Shown: positions 29,573-39,998 of the stretch, one piece after another
How the letters are laid out: each line of letters starts with the position of its first letter
Position numbering within the stretch: position 1 is the stretch's first letter
Source of the DNA: Candidatus Hadarchaeota archaeon
Lineage (GTDB): Archaea; Hadarchaeota; Hadarchaeia; Hadarchaeales; JAGGTB01
Length of the DNA: 64,000 nucleotides
Assembly: GCA_964384105.1 (NCBI GenBank)
Contig: CAYLJV010000002.1
Coordinates: 96,001 to 160,000, forward strand
Direction of reading: 5' to 3'
Translations under genes and position numbers: made by a program
Notes under the pieces: generated by a model
Databases searched by the model: none
What the model was told of the DNA's origin: nothing
The model's input: only the letters and a program-made list of their open reading frames with translations

Positions 29573-32317
29573 CTAACTACCTCTCAACTGTCTCTTACAG
29601 ATATCAAACGCTTTTTTAGTAGCTTCTTCAAGTTTTTCTACCTTATCACCGCCACCCTGTCCCATCGAAGGCTTTCCACCTCCGCCTCCGCCGAGTATTT
29701 TTGCAGCATCCGAGGCAATTTCTCCGCAATTTACCCCTTTTTCGAGAGCACCTTCACCAGCCATTACTAATATAGTAGCCGATTCATTCGCAGTTCCCAA
29801 TATTACAACCATATCTTTATTTTCTTTGGTAAGAATCTCTCCGATCTCGACCAGTTCATCGATATCCCCGCTTTCGAGAGCCTCTACTACTACTTTAGTA
29901 TCTCCCACCGCTCTAGAGGCTGATTTCAGCTCCTTTGCCCTAATTTCGGCCAGCCTGCTTTTGAGAGAATCTATCTCTTTTTCAGCAGATTTCCACTGAT
30001 CAAAAAGCTTCTTAACAGCAGAATCTACTTCTCCAGGACTTGATCTCAGAACCTCCGAGGCTTCTTTGACTTTTTGTTCTTGATCCTGGATAGCTTCCAG
30101 AACGGGCTTCCCCGAAGCGAAAATCAATCTTTCAACACCATCCTGTATTCTTTCCCTACCGATTATCTTTATCAGCCCTACTTCCCCGGTCTTAGTACAG
30201 TGGGTTCCAGCGCAAGCTTGGGCATTCCAATCGACTATATCAACTATCCTTATTTCCCTACCCGGAACTACCCCACCCTGATACAGAGAATGACCGTACT
30301 CTCGCTCTGCCTCGTTCCGTTCCATCCAAAAAGAATTGACATCTCTGTTCTCGAAAACGATCTCGTTAGCCAATTTCTCTACTTCTCTAAGCTCATCATC
30401 AGAAATCCTCTTGAAATGAGTTACATCCAATCTAGAACTTTCCTCACCCTTTTGCACACCGTGCTGCCAGACGTGGTCTCCCAGAAGATGTCTTAGTGCA
30501 CCCAAAAGTATGTGGGTAGCCGTATGATGTCTCATGAAAGCACTTCTTCTCTCCCAATCCAACTCCCCCTCTACATTCTGACCGTTCTTTATTTCATTCG
30601 AATCTACTTTATGCAAAACGATATTATCCTTCTTCTGGACATCTAAAACTTCAAATTCCATCCCATCTATTCTTAAAACCCCTTTATCGGCGGGTTGACC
30701 GCCACCTTCGGGATAAAAAGCGGTCCGGTCTAATACCACATAACCTTCCTGCACATCAAGAATCTTTGCTTCAAATTTCTTTTTATGCGGGTTACTATAA
30801 TAGAGAGCTTCTGTATCAGGTAAATCCGTTAAATCTATATTCTTTGGAAGTTTAGATTTATCTTCAATTGATTTCTCAGAATGAGAATGGGACTCAGCTA
30901 CTTTAGCGTAGAAATCATCCTTTAGATCAACATCAACCCCCTCCTCGTTAGCTACTTCTTTAACTATCTCAGGGGGAAGTCCATGACTATCATAGAGCTC
31001 AATTAATTTCTCCGAGGGTATGATAGACTTATTTTTTTTCTTTAAGGAAGAAGACAACCTTTTAACTCTCCTCCTCCCCTGTTCCAAAGTGTCGAAATAT
31101 CTTTGTTCCTCCAAATCAACGACTTCCAGAATATAATCTTTCTTTTGGTCAAGTTCGGGAAAATCCGGAACCAACTGTTTTAGCTCCATAGCCATCAATT
31201 CCGACAGTGGCTCTTCTAAATCCAAATCTTGCATCAGCCTCATGGTGCGTCTGAGTACCAGCCGGGACAGATAACCTCCTCCTTCGTTACTGGGCGTGAT
31301 ACCATCCCCGAACATAAAAGCTAGGCATCTGAGATGGTCCGCTATAGCGTAAACATTTTCCAACGGAACCAGTAACCGGTTTAGCTCTTCGACTTCAACA
31401 CCTGTGGCCTCACTAACTCTTGAGCGAAGCATATTCAGGTCACGGCCTGTTTCTATATCCATAAGTCCAGCGAGCTTGGAATGTTTTTCTAAAATATCTT
31501 CGGGCGGTAGTGAAACTCCCGCTATCTCCCTTAAATCAGAAACAATAGGACCAAAGATAGCTTCATAACTAGTTGGAGTACCCTGAGAAGCCCAAACCAA
31601 TCTCTCAATACCGTAACCAGTATCCACTATCTTCAAGGGCAATTCGTAGCGTTCCCCATTTTCTATCCCATAGTGCATGAACACTAGAGTCGACAGTTCC
31701 AACCCCGACACATTGACCTCTAAGTCCTCTCCGGCATTGCCTCCTCCCTCCCAAAAATCTTCGACATATGTTATCTCAACCGGATCTATTCCCAAAGCCC
31801 CTGTAAGAAACTCGTGACAAAAAGCCACCGTTTCATCTGTCCAATAAACGTGATTATTCTTGGAATTGAAAGCATGGTGACCGCCCATAAAAAAAAGCGT
31901 AGTATGTCTCCCAGATCTTCCCACATTATCTATATCATTAAGTCGAATGCTGGGCTGGCTTATCACCAAAGGATTGGCGGGAGGGGGAGCTTCTCCACTA
32001 GTCACCCACGGTTGAAAATCTGCTATCGAAGCAATAGTAAGGTAAATATCATCACGCCACCTTGCAACAACAGGATATCGAGATATTCGGGTATGATCTT
32101 TTTTCTCGAAAAAACTCAGAAATTCCTCTTCCATCTCTGATAGGTTGTAATTTTTTTCTATAGGGGGATTGTCGATAAAAGTATACTCGTCACAAGGTGT
32201 ATCACCACAAGTATCCTTCTCCGGGTCTAGAGTCCAAAAAGCTCTACCACAGCTTTTACAGACCTTTCTGTTGAAATCCTTTTCTCGAAAGATATCTGTT
32301 TCATATATATTACTCAT
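29573..32317 (-). CDS. alaS: Alanine--tRNA ligase (archaeal type)
   Basis: RYPVVARWR, TIASIADFQP, VDTGYGIER, HTATH, CAGTH, GGGGG C-Ala motif; start moved to ATG at 32317. Confidence 0.96.
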   Translation of the reverse strand: MSNIYETDIFREKDFNRKVCKSCGRAFWTLDPEKDTCGDTPCDEYTFIDNPPIEKNYNLSEMEEEFLSFFEKKDHTRISRYPVVARWRDDIYLTIASIADFQPWVTSGEAPPPANPLVISQPSIRLNDIDNVGRSGRHTTLFFMGGHHAFNSKNNHVYWTDETVAFCHEFLTGALGIDPVEITYVEDFWEGGGNAGEDLEVNVSGLELSTLVFMHYGIENGERYELPLKIVDTGYGIERLVWASQGTPTSYEAIFGPIVSDLREIAGVSLPPEDILEKHSKLAGLMDIETGRDLNMLRSRVSEATGVEVEELNRLLVPLENVYAIADHLRCLAFMFGDGITPSNEGGGYLSRLVLRRTMRLMQDLDLEEPLSELMAMELKQLVPDFPELDQKKDYILEVVDLEEQRYFDTLEQGRRRVKRLSSSLKKKNKSIIPSEKLIELYDSHGLPPEIVKEVANEEGVDVDLKDDFYAKVAESHSHSEKSIEDKSKLPKNIDLTDLPDTEALYYSNPHKKKFEAKILDVQEGYVVLDRTAFYPEGGGQPADKGVLRIDGMEFEVLDVQKKDNIVLHKVDSNEIKNGQNVEGELDWERRSAFMRHHTATHILLGALRHLLGDHVWQHGVQKGEESSRLDVTHFKRISDDELREVEKLANEIVFENRDVNSFWMERNEAEREYGHSLYQGGVVPGREIRIVDIVDWNAQACAGTHCTKTGEVGLIKIIGRERIQDGVERLIFASGKPVLEAIQDQEQKVKEASEVLRSSPGEVDSAVKKLFDQWKSAEKEIDSLKSRLAEIRAKELKSASRAVGDTKVVVEALESGDIDELVEIGEILTKENKDMVVILGTANESATILVMAGEGALEKGVNCGEIASDAAKILGGGGGGKPSMGQGGGDKVEKLEEATKKAFDICKRQLRGS

Positions 32318-32389
32318 ACTGGTCCCTACAGTGCAAATATGCGAGTTCTCGTAAAAGAACTTCTCCAAAAATCGGGAAGAATTTCACAA

Positions 32390-32704
32390 TTAACCGAAGA
32401 GTTCACCAAGACCAGCTACTTCTTCTTCCTCTTCCTCTTCTTCTGCTTCTTCGGCTTCTTCCTCTTCGGGAGCCTTTTCCTTCTCTTCCTCTTTGGAAGG
32501 CGCTGCTGGTGCTGGAGCCGCTGACGCTGCTGCCGCAGATTCGATAGCTTCTTCAATATCCAAGCCTTCTAGTGACGCAACCAAAGCCTTAACTCTAGCT
32601 TCGTCTACCTCTGCACCTGCAGCCTTAAGCACTTTTGAAACCTTATCTTCGTTTATTTCCTTACCCACAGAATGCAATATCATCGCAGCATATACGTATT
32701 CCAT
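32390..32704 (-). CDS. rpl12: 50S ribosomal stalk protein P1 (L12)
   Basis: [11 protein letters not shown], Ala-rich hinge, acidic tail ending GLGELFG. Confidence 0.96.
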   Translation of the reverse strand: MEYVYAAMILHSVGKEINEDKVSKVLKAAGAEVDEARVKALVASLEGLDIEEAIESAAAASAAPAPAAPSKEEEKEKAPEEEEAEEAEEEEEEEEVAGLGELFG

Positions 32705-32720
32705 TTAAATTACACCTCCA

Positions 32721-33761
32721 TTAGTCAAACAAACCACCTAATCCTGCTGATGGCTCTTCTTCCTCTTCTTCGATTTTTTCCTCTTCAGGAGCTTTTTCCT
32801 TTTCTTCCTCTTTAGGTTTTCCCTCTTCTTTAATTTTTTCAGCAGGTTTTTGAGCAGAAACTATTGAACTCAATTCCTCATCGAGCGCATCCGGGTCCAA
32901 AGACCCAAGATTTGATGCTAAGCTCAGCATTTCCGAATGAGCTTTGTTCAAAATCTGAGGTATGGTATCGGAATTGAATATGGAAGCGTTAAAAGCCAAA
33001 TTCCTTGCCTGATTGTAAGCCCGATTTATAAATATAGGTAGATTCTGCTTAGTCGGGAATCTTATCTCTAGTGAAAGATTCATGGAATTCATATATGCAG
33101 CTTGTAACTCACCAAGAACTTTCTCCTCGTCTATTACCAGCATATCTCCCGGGAAGACCGTCCCATCCTCGTAGGCAGCTTTAAGTTCAAATCCTATTTC
33201 TCTCGGCTCGATTCCAAATCTAGAGAGTACTCCCGCCACTTCTTCTGAAATAGGCTCACCCTCCTCAACAATCTTGGAATCTTCGGTAACCACGACCTTT
33301 CCTGCCTGGATTCTAGCCTTAACTCCCGCCTGCTGAAGTTCGCTAATAACCGGCCCAGGAGAGAATTCTGTATCACCCTTCGGAATAACTATATCCTCTG
33401 GCGACTCCATTCCTACCTTCGCTGGGGCATTAGTTTTATTCTCATCAAGCAATCTCCAGAGTTTAAAAGGATTCATATCAGTGAAAACTAGAGCACAAGG
33501 ACCTTCAAGATAGTTAATTATTTCTTCGAGCCCTTGAAAATCTTTACCAACTTTCTCTATCGCTATCTTTAATAAAACCCTTCTACTCACCTTTATTTCA
33601 GCCTTTCCCCTAAGAATCTCTCTAATTTGCTGAAACTGGGGGGCTGGGATACCGGAAATATTCATAACTCCTACTACGGAGTAATTCTCAAACTTTTCGA
33701 GCAACTCATCGATTAACTCTTTCTTCCACTGGGCGACACTGGCTTCGTGAACAGATGCCAT
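32721..33761 (-). CDS. rpl10: 50S ribosomal protein uL10 (P0)
   Basis: WKKE, NPFKL, PGPVISELQ; acidic tail ending GLGGLFD. Confidence 0.95.
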   Translation of the reverse strand: MASVHEASVAQWKKELIDELLEKFENYSVVGVMNISGIPAPQFQQIREILRGKAEIKVSRRVLLKIAIEKVGKDFQGLEEIINYLEGPCALVFTDMNPFKLWRLLDENKTNAPAKVGMESPEDIVIPKGDTEFSPGPVISELQQAGVKARIQAGKVVVTEDSKIVEEGEPISEEVAGVLSRFGIEPREIGFELKAAYEDGTVFPGDMLVIDEEKVLGELQAAYMNSMNLSLEIRFPTKQNLPIFINRAYNQARNLAFNASIFNSDTIPQILNKAHSEMLSLASNLGSLDPDALDEELSSIVSAQKPAEKIKEEGKPKEEEKEKAPEEEKIEEEEEEPSAGLGGLFD

Positions 33762-33762
33762 C

Positions 33763-34416
33763 TCAGTTCACCCCCAAAGAAACCGGTTTACCCATGGTGG
33801 TTTTAAGCGTGACTGAATTAATCTGTCTAGGACCTTTAGGAAGCTTGGAAGATAAGAAATCCAAGACGACCTTCACATTTTCGGCTATTTCCTCATCAGG
33901 CATATCCTCCCTGCCAACAGGCAAGTTAGCAGCGGGATTTTCCCTAACGCTGACACGAACCGTATTTCTTGATCGGGCTATGTATTTAGAAGGATCCTCA
34001 GTCGGAGGAACCGCCTGCGGCATCTTACCCCTAGGACCAAGAACGGGACCCAGTTCTTTACCTACGATCGGCATAAAATCCGCCTGAGCCAAGAAAGAAT
34101 TATACTCGTCAGCAATCTTTTTTGCCTCGGATTTATCACTTCCTAAACTCACTAGTTCATCTTTATCGAAGACTCTATCCGCACCCGCCTTTTCGGCCCT
34201 TTCAGCGAGTTCGCCACTCGCGAATACCGCGATTTTTTGCTCCTTTCCTGTTCCATGCGGCAAAGATATCTCCTCATTTATCCTATTCTCGGGATTAGAC
34301 AAATCCAAATCGGATACACCAACGGATAAATCAAAACTCTGGGTAAAATTCCTGTCGGTACTTTTCTCCTTTGCCTCTTTAACCACTTCTAATATTTCTT
34401 CTTCCGAAAATTCCAT
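33763..34416 (-). CDS. rpl1: 50S ribosomal protein uL1
   Basis: RNFTQSFD, LGPVLGPRGKMP, KTTMG motifs. Confidence 0.96.
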   Translation of the reverse strand: MEFSEEEILEVVKEAKEKSTDRNFTQSFDLSVGVSDLDLSNPENRINEEISLPHGTGKEQKIAVFASGELAERAEKAGADRVFDKDELVSLGSDKSEAKKIADEYNSFLAQADFMPIVGKELGPVLGPRGKMPQAVPPTEDPSKYIARSRNTVRVSVRENPAANLPVGREDMPDEEIAENVKVVLDFLSSKLPKGPRQINSVTLKTTMGKPVSLGVN

Positions 34417-34421
34417 TCAAA

Positions 34422-34907
34422 TCACCTCTCTTCCAACACATCATCATATTTTCCTTCATCAATATCTTTTTGCAATTCTCGAGCTGGCTTACCCTCTCCA
34501 TAGACACCCATACTTACACAGGCACCGAGAACTTCTTTTACAGCATTTTTCTTATTTTTAGCTAAAATAGAATTTTCCTTTTGTTCAGCAATCTTAATCA
34601 GTTGAGGCACAGAAAGATCACCCACAGGAGCGTCCTCCAAGCTACTGCTCCCCTTATCGATACCAAGCTCTTTTTTAATCAAAGCTGTCGTAGGTGGCGA
34701 TCCCACCTCGACTTCAAACTCCCCACTTTCTGTATCGACTATCACCTTCACGGGAACTGTCATCCCATCGTACGAAGAAGTTTCTTTATTGATTCTCGCC
34801 ACTACTTCACCAACGTTTATGCCTAATGGCCCCAATGCGGGACCGAGCGGCGGACCAGCGGACGCCTTTCCGCCTTCCACTAATGCTTCAATTACTTCTT
34901 CTCCCAT
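34422..34907 (-). CDS. rpl11: 50S ribosomal protein uL11
   Basis: GGKASAGPPLGPALGPLG, PPTTALIKKE, CVSMGV motifs. Confidence 0.96.
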   Translation of the reverse strand: MGEEVIEALVEGGKASAGPPLGPALGPLGINVGEVVARINKETSSYDGMTVPVKVIVDTESGEFEVEVGSPPTTALIKKELGIDKGSSSLEDAPVGDLSVPQLIKIAEQKENSILAKNKKNAVKEVLGACVSMGVYGEGKPARELQKDIDEGKYDDVLEER

Positions 34908-35002
34908 TCGATTAACCTCTCATTTTCCAATTACATTAGAACTTCTAAACTTAAGAAGCATAAAAACGCTAGGGTTCAAAAAGCGGAAACGCTTATTAAT
35001 GA

Positions 35003-35290
35003 TTACTTGATAACCTTGAGTTCTCCATATTTCCCAGCGCTTACATGGACTTCATCTTTAAAAAGTCGAGAATATCCATTCTCGATATGTATCTTATCAC
35101 CCACTTCTATCTTCTCAATTTCATCGTTCCATAATGATATTTTTACCTTCCCCGAGTCGTCCTCACAAACAGCCGTGGCAACTCGCCCTTTGCCCTTGTC
35201 CGTATTAAAGGAATGCGGTTCTCCCTTCTCGACGACCTTCAGGTCTAAACTAACGTTTCTCATCCCCGGTTTTACCTCACTCGCCTTCAC
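35003..35290 (-). CDS. Single OB-fold ssDNA-binding protein (SSB/RPA-like)
   Basis: DDSGKVKISLWN...GDKIHIENGY..F OB-fold pattern of crenarchaeal-type SSB; GTG start overlapping the spt5 end. Confidence 0.8.
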   Translation of the reverse strand: MKASEVKPGMRNVSLDLKVVEKGEPHSFNTDKGKGRVATAVCEDDSGKVKISLWNDEIEKIEVGDKIHIENGYSRLFKDEVHVSAGKYGELKVIK

Positions 35291-35777
35291 TCTTCTCCCT
35301 CCCTTTTCTTTCTACAACTCTTACTTGATCTCCTCGAACGGTAACTGGAATAGGAACGGTTGCTTCGAAAAGCTCTACCGTAGCCTCCTCCTTCCCCTCC
35401 TCCACTCTTATGATCTTGGCTCGCTCACCTTTGAAAGGTCCACCGGTCAACTCTACGATATCCCCCTTCTCCATTCCACTTACGGTTAGTTTTGGCTCCA
35501 TAAGATCTTCAATTTCCTTTATAGGAACCTTTCTATCGATCAACCCTTTACTATGTTTAATTCCAGATCTTGCTCTTTCTACAGCGCTTTTTCCGTTGGC
35601 TTCGACAAAAACGTACCCCCTAATTTCCTGAGGAACTAAAACAGCTTTAATTGGGAGGTTTCTGCTCCTAATACGTGACTCCATCATCTCAGCGGTATTC
35701 TTTTCTTGCCCTATCGTAGTCCTAACGACAAATATCGAACTTTCAATCTTTTCATTTTCCGAACTCTCTTCCGGCAT
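35277..35777 (-). CDS. spt5: Transcription elongation factor Spt5 (NusG)
   Basis: RTTIGQE, GYVFVEA, KOW motif GDIVELTGGPFKGE. Confidence 0.95.
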   Translation of the reverse strand: MPEESSENEKIESSIFVVRTTIGQEKNTAEMMESRIRSRNLPIKAVLVPQEIRGYVFVEANGKSAVERARSGIKHSKGLIDRKVPIKEIEDLMEPKLTVSGMEKGDIVELTGGPFKGERAKIIRVEEGKEEATVELFEATVPIPVTVRGDQVRVVERKGREKSEGE

Positions 35778-35788
35778 TTTTTACACCT

Positions 35789-35962
35789 CTATCCAACAAC
35801 GCCACCTGCAAGGTAACTAACTAAAGTTATAACAAAACCGATAACGCCAATTATAATCATTCCAATACCAGTAACCTTGGCTACATTAAGGTACTCATCT
35901 GCCTCGGGCTTCCTAGCAACATGAAGAACTCTTTTTGCTTGGTGTATGAATTCTCTTAACAT
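35789..35962 (-). CDS. secE: Protein translocase SecE / Sec61-gamma
   Basis: Manual translation MLREFIHQAKRVLHVARKPEADEYLNVAKVTGIGMIIIGVIGFVITLVSYLAGGVVG; between ftsZ and spt5; not in the ORF track. Confidence 0.93.
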   Translation of the reverse strand: MLREFIHQAKRVLHVARKPEADEYLNVAKVTGIGMIIIGVIGFVITLVSYLAGGVVG

Positions 35963-37054
35963 TTACTCCAATTGCTCCAGTCCGAGTTCCAGCTCTCCTT
36001 TTCCTCTTTTTATTCTTTCCCCTGTAGGCTCCTCTCCCGGACCTAGGACGTACGGAGAGTGAACCCCTGATAAAATTACCATTACTCTCACTGCTTTCTT
36101 CAAGTCATCTGATACCTGCGCGCCCCAGCTTATCTGGGCTTCTGGATCTAGCGCCTCAGAAACCTTACCGACTATCCTCTCAGCCTCATCCAACGACATA
36201 TCCGAACTACCTGTTACATTAACGAGCGCACCACTAGCACCGGTTATGTCGACATCCAACAGAGGACTGTTGAGAGCCTCGTTGGCGGCTTCATCTGCAC
36301 GGTTCTCTGAATCTGATTCTCCGATACCGATCATTGCAACTCCTCCATCCCTCAAAACGGTTCTGAGATCTGCGAAGTCGAGATTTATCAAACCGGGCTT
36401 TGTTATCAGTTCCGTGATTCCTTTAATAGAATCCATTAAAAGCTGATCCGCAACTTTGAAGGCTGCTGGGATTGGAAGATCTGGGGCAACTTTCAGAAGT
36501 TTATCATTTGGGATAACAATTACTGTGTCAGATACTTCACGAAGTTTCCGAAGACCCATCTCGGCATTCTTACTTCTTCTTTTCCCTTCTACGCTGAAAG
36601 GTAAAGTAACCACAGCGACAGTCAAAGCCCCAAGCCTTTTTGCAACTTCGGCGACTACAGGAGCGGAACCTGTTCCAGTTCCCCCTCCAAGACCACAAGT
36701 TATGAAAACTAAATCTGCCTTATGCAAATGTTCCTTGAGCTGCTCTTCATCTTCCCTAGCTGCCTCTTCGCCCTTCGAGGGATCGTTTCCTGCACCAAGC
36801 CCACCAGTAGCTTCCCTTCCTATCAGTAGCTTGCGATCCGCAGTTGCGTAGAGTAAATCCTGTGCATCAGTATTGATTGCCAGAGTTTGAGCTCCTTCTA
36901 TCCCTACTTCCATCATTCGAGAAATTGTATTCCCACCAGCACCACCACAACCTACGGCTACAATTCCAGCTCTGGCCTGCCTTAAAGCCTCTTCAAGATC
37001 TTCATCGTCTGGACCTAATATTGATTCGTAATCTTCTGCTTCAGACTCTACCAT
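35963..37054 (-). CDS. ftsZ: Cell division protein FtsZ (FtsZ1 context)
   Basis: GCGGAGGN, NTDAQDL, GGGTGTG, NLDFAD motifs. Confidence 0.97.
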   Translation of the reverse strand: MVESEAEDYESILGPDDEDLEEALRQARAGIVAVGCGGAGGNTISRMMEVGIEGAQTLAINTDAQDLLYATADRKLLIGREATGGLGAGNDPSKGEEAAREDEEQLKEHLHKADLVFITCGLGGGTGTGSAPVVAEVAKRLGALTVAVVTLPFSVEGKRRSKNAEMGLRKLREVSDTVIVIPNDKLLKVAPDLPIPAAFKVADQLLMDSIKGITELITKPGLINLDFADLRTVLRDGGVAMIGIGESDSENRADEAANEALNSPLLDVDITGASGALVNVTGSSDMSLDEAERIVGKVSEALDPEAQISWGAQVSDDLKKAVRVMVILSGVHSPYVLGPGEEPTGERIKRGKGELELGLEQLE

Positions 37055-37273
37055 TTATACCCTCTATATACTTTCATTGCTCATTTATAGATAATTCGTT
37101 AAAAGCTTTGCTTTATTAAATGGCTACTTCAAGATGAAACACTTGATAGAATATAAAATTATTCCATAAATCGGAGTTAGCCGATTCAATATATGAAATC
37201 AGAGTTCATTTCTCAACGAGCTCAGAAAAGAGAGAAGATATTTAATTTTTGGAACAAATCAAGAGGAAAAATA

Positions 37274-37349
37274 TGGTGGGCCCGGAGGGATTCGAACCCT
37301 CGGCCTCCACCATGTCAAGGTGGCGTCATAGCCACTAGACTACGGGCCC
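37274..37349 (-). tRNA. tRNA-Val(GAC), CCA encoded
   Basis: Reverse complement GGGCCCG...CCACC-TTGACAT-GGTGG...GGTTCGAATCCC...CGGGCCCACCA. Confidence 0.95.
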
Positions 37350-37533
37350 TCGTAGACAAAGACACATACTCAATCTCTATCTAAATCTTTTCGTAACTTC
37401 AATTATCTTCTGGAGTCCTTAAAAGATTCCGTTCATTGAACACAAAAATTTTTTGTAAAAAATTTTATCTCAAAAATCAAAATGGCTAAAGCGCGATTTT
37501 AAATTAAAAGTTTATTATTTTTAATCGGATACT

Positions 37534-38745
37534 ATGGGGACAATCTTCACAATACTCTTCATTCTGGGGTCAGTTTGGGTAGTCAGACTGATTTTCGAAA
37601 AGTTGGGCCTACCGTTCGTTTTGGGTGAACTACTTGCAGGAATGATAATAGGTCCCGCCGCTCTAGGACTGGTTGGACCACCAGGATCGCTCTTTGAATG
37701 GACTTCTTCTATGGACATACTTGCCGAGCTGGGTATGTTTTTCATAATGTTCTATGCAGGTTTGACAACTGATCCAAAAGAACTGAAAGAAAAAACCAAG
37801 GCGTTCCTCGGAGTTGGAATATTAGGCACTATAGCCCCACTAATACTCGTCTTCTCAGTCACCTGGCTTTTCACAGGTAACTTCTGGATCTCTCTTCTCA
37901 TAGGACTGGCACTCTCTGGAACTTCCTTGGCTACTAAAACAAGAATACTCGATGACTTGAACATTCTCGGAAGCAAAATGGGGCAGATAATGATGGGTGG
38001 AGGAATGGTAGATAATATTTTTTCCTTTATTATACTCACGGTCGCACTCAAAGCAATTATTCAAGGGAGTGTAGGCTTTCTCGACGTCATAATTACAATA
38101 TTCATGGCATTTGCATTCTTCTTAGGGGTGCTCTTCCTCGGCTACTACGTATATCCGATACTCGGAGTATTCATAGGAAGGCCGGGAAGAGGATTCACTT
38201 TTGCTTTGATCATGGGGCTACTAATAGCCGGATTGGGACAACTTATCGGATTTCATCTCATAATAGGGGCCTATCTCGCAGGTTTGTTTGTCAGGGAAGA
38301 GATTTTACCACCTTCTTCACCTATCGATGAACTCATAATGGGTAGACCCCTCGGAAATCTAGATCGACAATTCCAAACACTAAGCCATGGCTTTCTGGGA
38401 CCCATATTCATAGTGAGTGTGGCATACCATGTTGATTTTGCAATACTGACAACATCTACACTATTCCTGATAGGCTTGATAGCAGCGGCGGTAGCTGGAA
38501 AAGTCATAGGCGCCGGCGGAGGGGCCCTGCTCTCTGGATTAAATAAAAAGGAATCGATTGTAATCGGATTAGGAATGAATGAAAGAGGAACTGTAGAGCT
38601 TATTCTAGCAGCTGTTGGCTTAGAGATAGGAATACTGACAGAGACACACCTTTCACTGCTCGTTTTTACTGCTTTCGTGACGACGCTCATGGTTCCCACA
38701 GCACTAAAGTATCTCACGTTTCAAGAAGATCTTTCTGAAAACTAA
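37534..38745 (+). CDS. Cation:proton antiporter (CPA2/NapA-like)
   Basis: Polytopic membrane protein; GELLAGMIIGP, GAYLAGL, PIFIV, GMNERG motifs. Confidence 0.87.
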   Translation: MGTIFTILFILGSVWVVRLIFEKLGLPFVLGELLAGMIIGPAALGLVGPPGSLFEWTSSMDILAELGMFFIMFYAGLTTDPKELKEKTKAFLGVGILGTIAPLILVFSVTWLFTGNFWISLLIGLALSGTSLATKTRILDDLNILGSKMGQIMMGGGMVDNIFSFIILTVALKAIIQGSVGFLDVIITIFMAFAFFLGVLFLGYYVYPILGVFIGRPGRGFTFALIMGLLIAGLGQLIGFHLIIGAYLAGLFVREEILPPSSPIDELIMGRPLGNLDRQFQTLSHGFLGPIFIVSVAYHVDFAILTTSTLFLIGLIAAAVAGKVIGAGGGALLSGLNKKESIVIGLGMNERGTVELILAAVGLEIGILTETHLSLLVFTAFVTTLMVPTALKYLTFQEDLSEN

Positions 38746-38878
38746 CACTTGAAGAATAAAATAGTAAATACAATATTTTTTGTTATGGATGTAACAAAAA
38801 GTTCTGAAATCAGGATAAAATAAAAATTAACAGACTATATCCTAAACAGAAAAGTCCATCCACTAACACTTCGTAAAG

Positions 38879-38951
38879 TGGACCGGGTGGGATTTGAACC
38901 CACGACCTTCCGCATGCCAAGCGGACGTTCATACCCCTGAACTACCGGCCC
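38879..38951 (-). tRNA. tRNA-Ala(GGC)
   Basis: Reverse complement GGGCCGG...TCCGC-TTGGCAT-GCGGA...CCGGTCCA, with the G3:U70 alanine identity pair; CCA not encoded. Confidence 0.94.
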
Positions 38952-39009
38952 TCGAAAAGAAGATATTAGCAGCTTCTTTAAGTTTCTAACGATTACCATT
39001 AAGAACTAT

Positions 39010-39168
39010 CTATTTGTTCCAGTTATATTGCCTTCTCTTCTTGGATCTGCCATAGCCGCAAGAGGCACAAACTCCCTTCTTTACATTAAAGGATCTATTT
39101 CCACAGCGTCTGCACCTGACGTGGACTGTTTTTTTCTGCTTGCCTTTAGCAGCCGTTCCTTTCGTCAT
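39010..39168 (-). CDS. rpl37e: 50S ribosomal protein eL37
   Basis: Manual translation [52 protein letters not shown]; follows the Sm gene as is usual in archaea. Confidence 0.95.
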   Translation of the reverse strand: MTKGTAAKGKQKKTVHVRCRRCGNRSFNVKKGVCASCGYGRSKKRRQYNWNK

Positions 39169-39175
39169 TCAAAGT

Positions 39176-39406
39176 TCACCTTGCTGGAGAGATGAAAACC
39201 ACGTTGTCTCCACGAATTATCATCATACCAAAACGTTTACTGGCTTCATCGCTCTGAATTTTCTCCGCTTCATCCAGAACAAGGTTCACGTGAGTATCGT
39301 AGGAAACCAGCTTTCCTCTAAATTCGTGTCCACCTTTAAGTCCAACAAGTACTGTGGAACCTATCGCTTTATTTAATGTATCCAATGGTCTTCTTTCAGA
39401 TGTCAT
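39176..39406 (-). CDS. Sm-like (Lsm/SmAP1) RNA-binding protein
   Basis: RPLDTL, GKLVSYDTHVNLVL, IRGDNVVFISP; real start probably ATG at 39406. Confidence 0.93.
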   Translation of the reverse strand: MTSERRPLDTLNKAIGSTVLVGLKGGHEFRGKLVSYDTHVNLVLDEAEKIQSDEASKRFGMMIIRGDNVVFISPAR

Positions 39407-39466
39407 AGTGTTCAACCGGCAATTAACCAGCTTTCTATTTAAGAATAACGTACGTAATAAAACTTG

Positions 39467-39952
39467 ATGGCAATGAAAAAGAGGCATTCTATAAGAGATT
39501 CAGACATAAGGAAGCTTTTAGAAACCCTAAAACCGAAATTCGGGAACAGCGTAGAAGTTCTATTTGAAGGAAAGGCGGAAAAAGCCGAACTCGAAAATGG
39601 AAAAACCGTATTACTGTCAGATGAAAAACCTGTTTTTATAGAAAAGAACGGTGAGTATATCCCCATAGTACTTCACGCCAATAAAATTAGGCTAAAAAGA
39701 ATAACCGTGGACATGGGAGCCGTGAGTCCGATCTCGGACGGAGCAGATATCATGGCACCGGGGATAGTAAAAGCAGATAAGGACATAGAAAAGGGTGACA
39801 TAGTAGGTATAGAGGACGAAAAAAATCAGAAGATCTTCGCAATAGGGAAAGCCTTAGAAGGAGGAGCTTCACTTAATAAAAAGAGGGGAAAAGTAGTAAA
39901 GAACCTGCACCACGTAGGAGATAAATTTTGGGATTTACTTAAAAACCTGTAG
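39467..39952 (+). CDS. PUA-domain RNA-binding protein (MCT-1/Tma20-like)
   Basis: VDMGAV...GADIMAPGI, HHVGD motifs. Confidence 0.87.
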   Translation: MAMKKRHSIRDSDIRKLLETLKPKFGNSVEVLFEGKAEKAELENGKTVLLSDEKPVFIEKNGEYIPIVLHANKIRLKRITVDMGAVSPISDGADIMAPGIVKADKDIEKGDIVGIEDEKNQKIFAIGKALEGGASLNKKRGKVVKNLHHVGDKFWDLLKNL

Positions 39953-39998
39953 GGAAAAGTTAAATAGATTAGAAAAGCACTTGCTTTCAAGGGAAAAA

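Noticed and set aside
32400-32830. Similar purine/pyrimidine-biased stretches encoding [12 protein letters not shown] in both rpl12 and rpl10
   Set aside because: The acidic C-terminal tails of P0 and P1 stalk proteins are known to be homologous; this is not a mobile repeat.
37193-37384. 63 aa ORF containing WWARRDSNPRPPPCQGG
   Set aside because: This is the antisense translation of tRNA-Val; no integrase body or att duplicate was seen nearby.
38879-38951. tRNA-Ala lacks an encoded CCA while the other three tRNAs have it
   Set aside because: Mixed CCA encoding is ordinary in archaea, which add CCA enzymatically.
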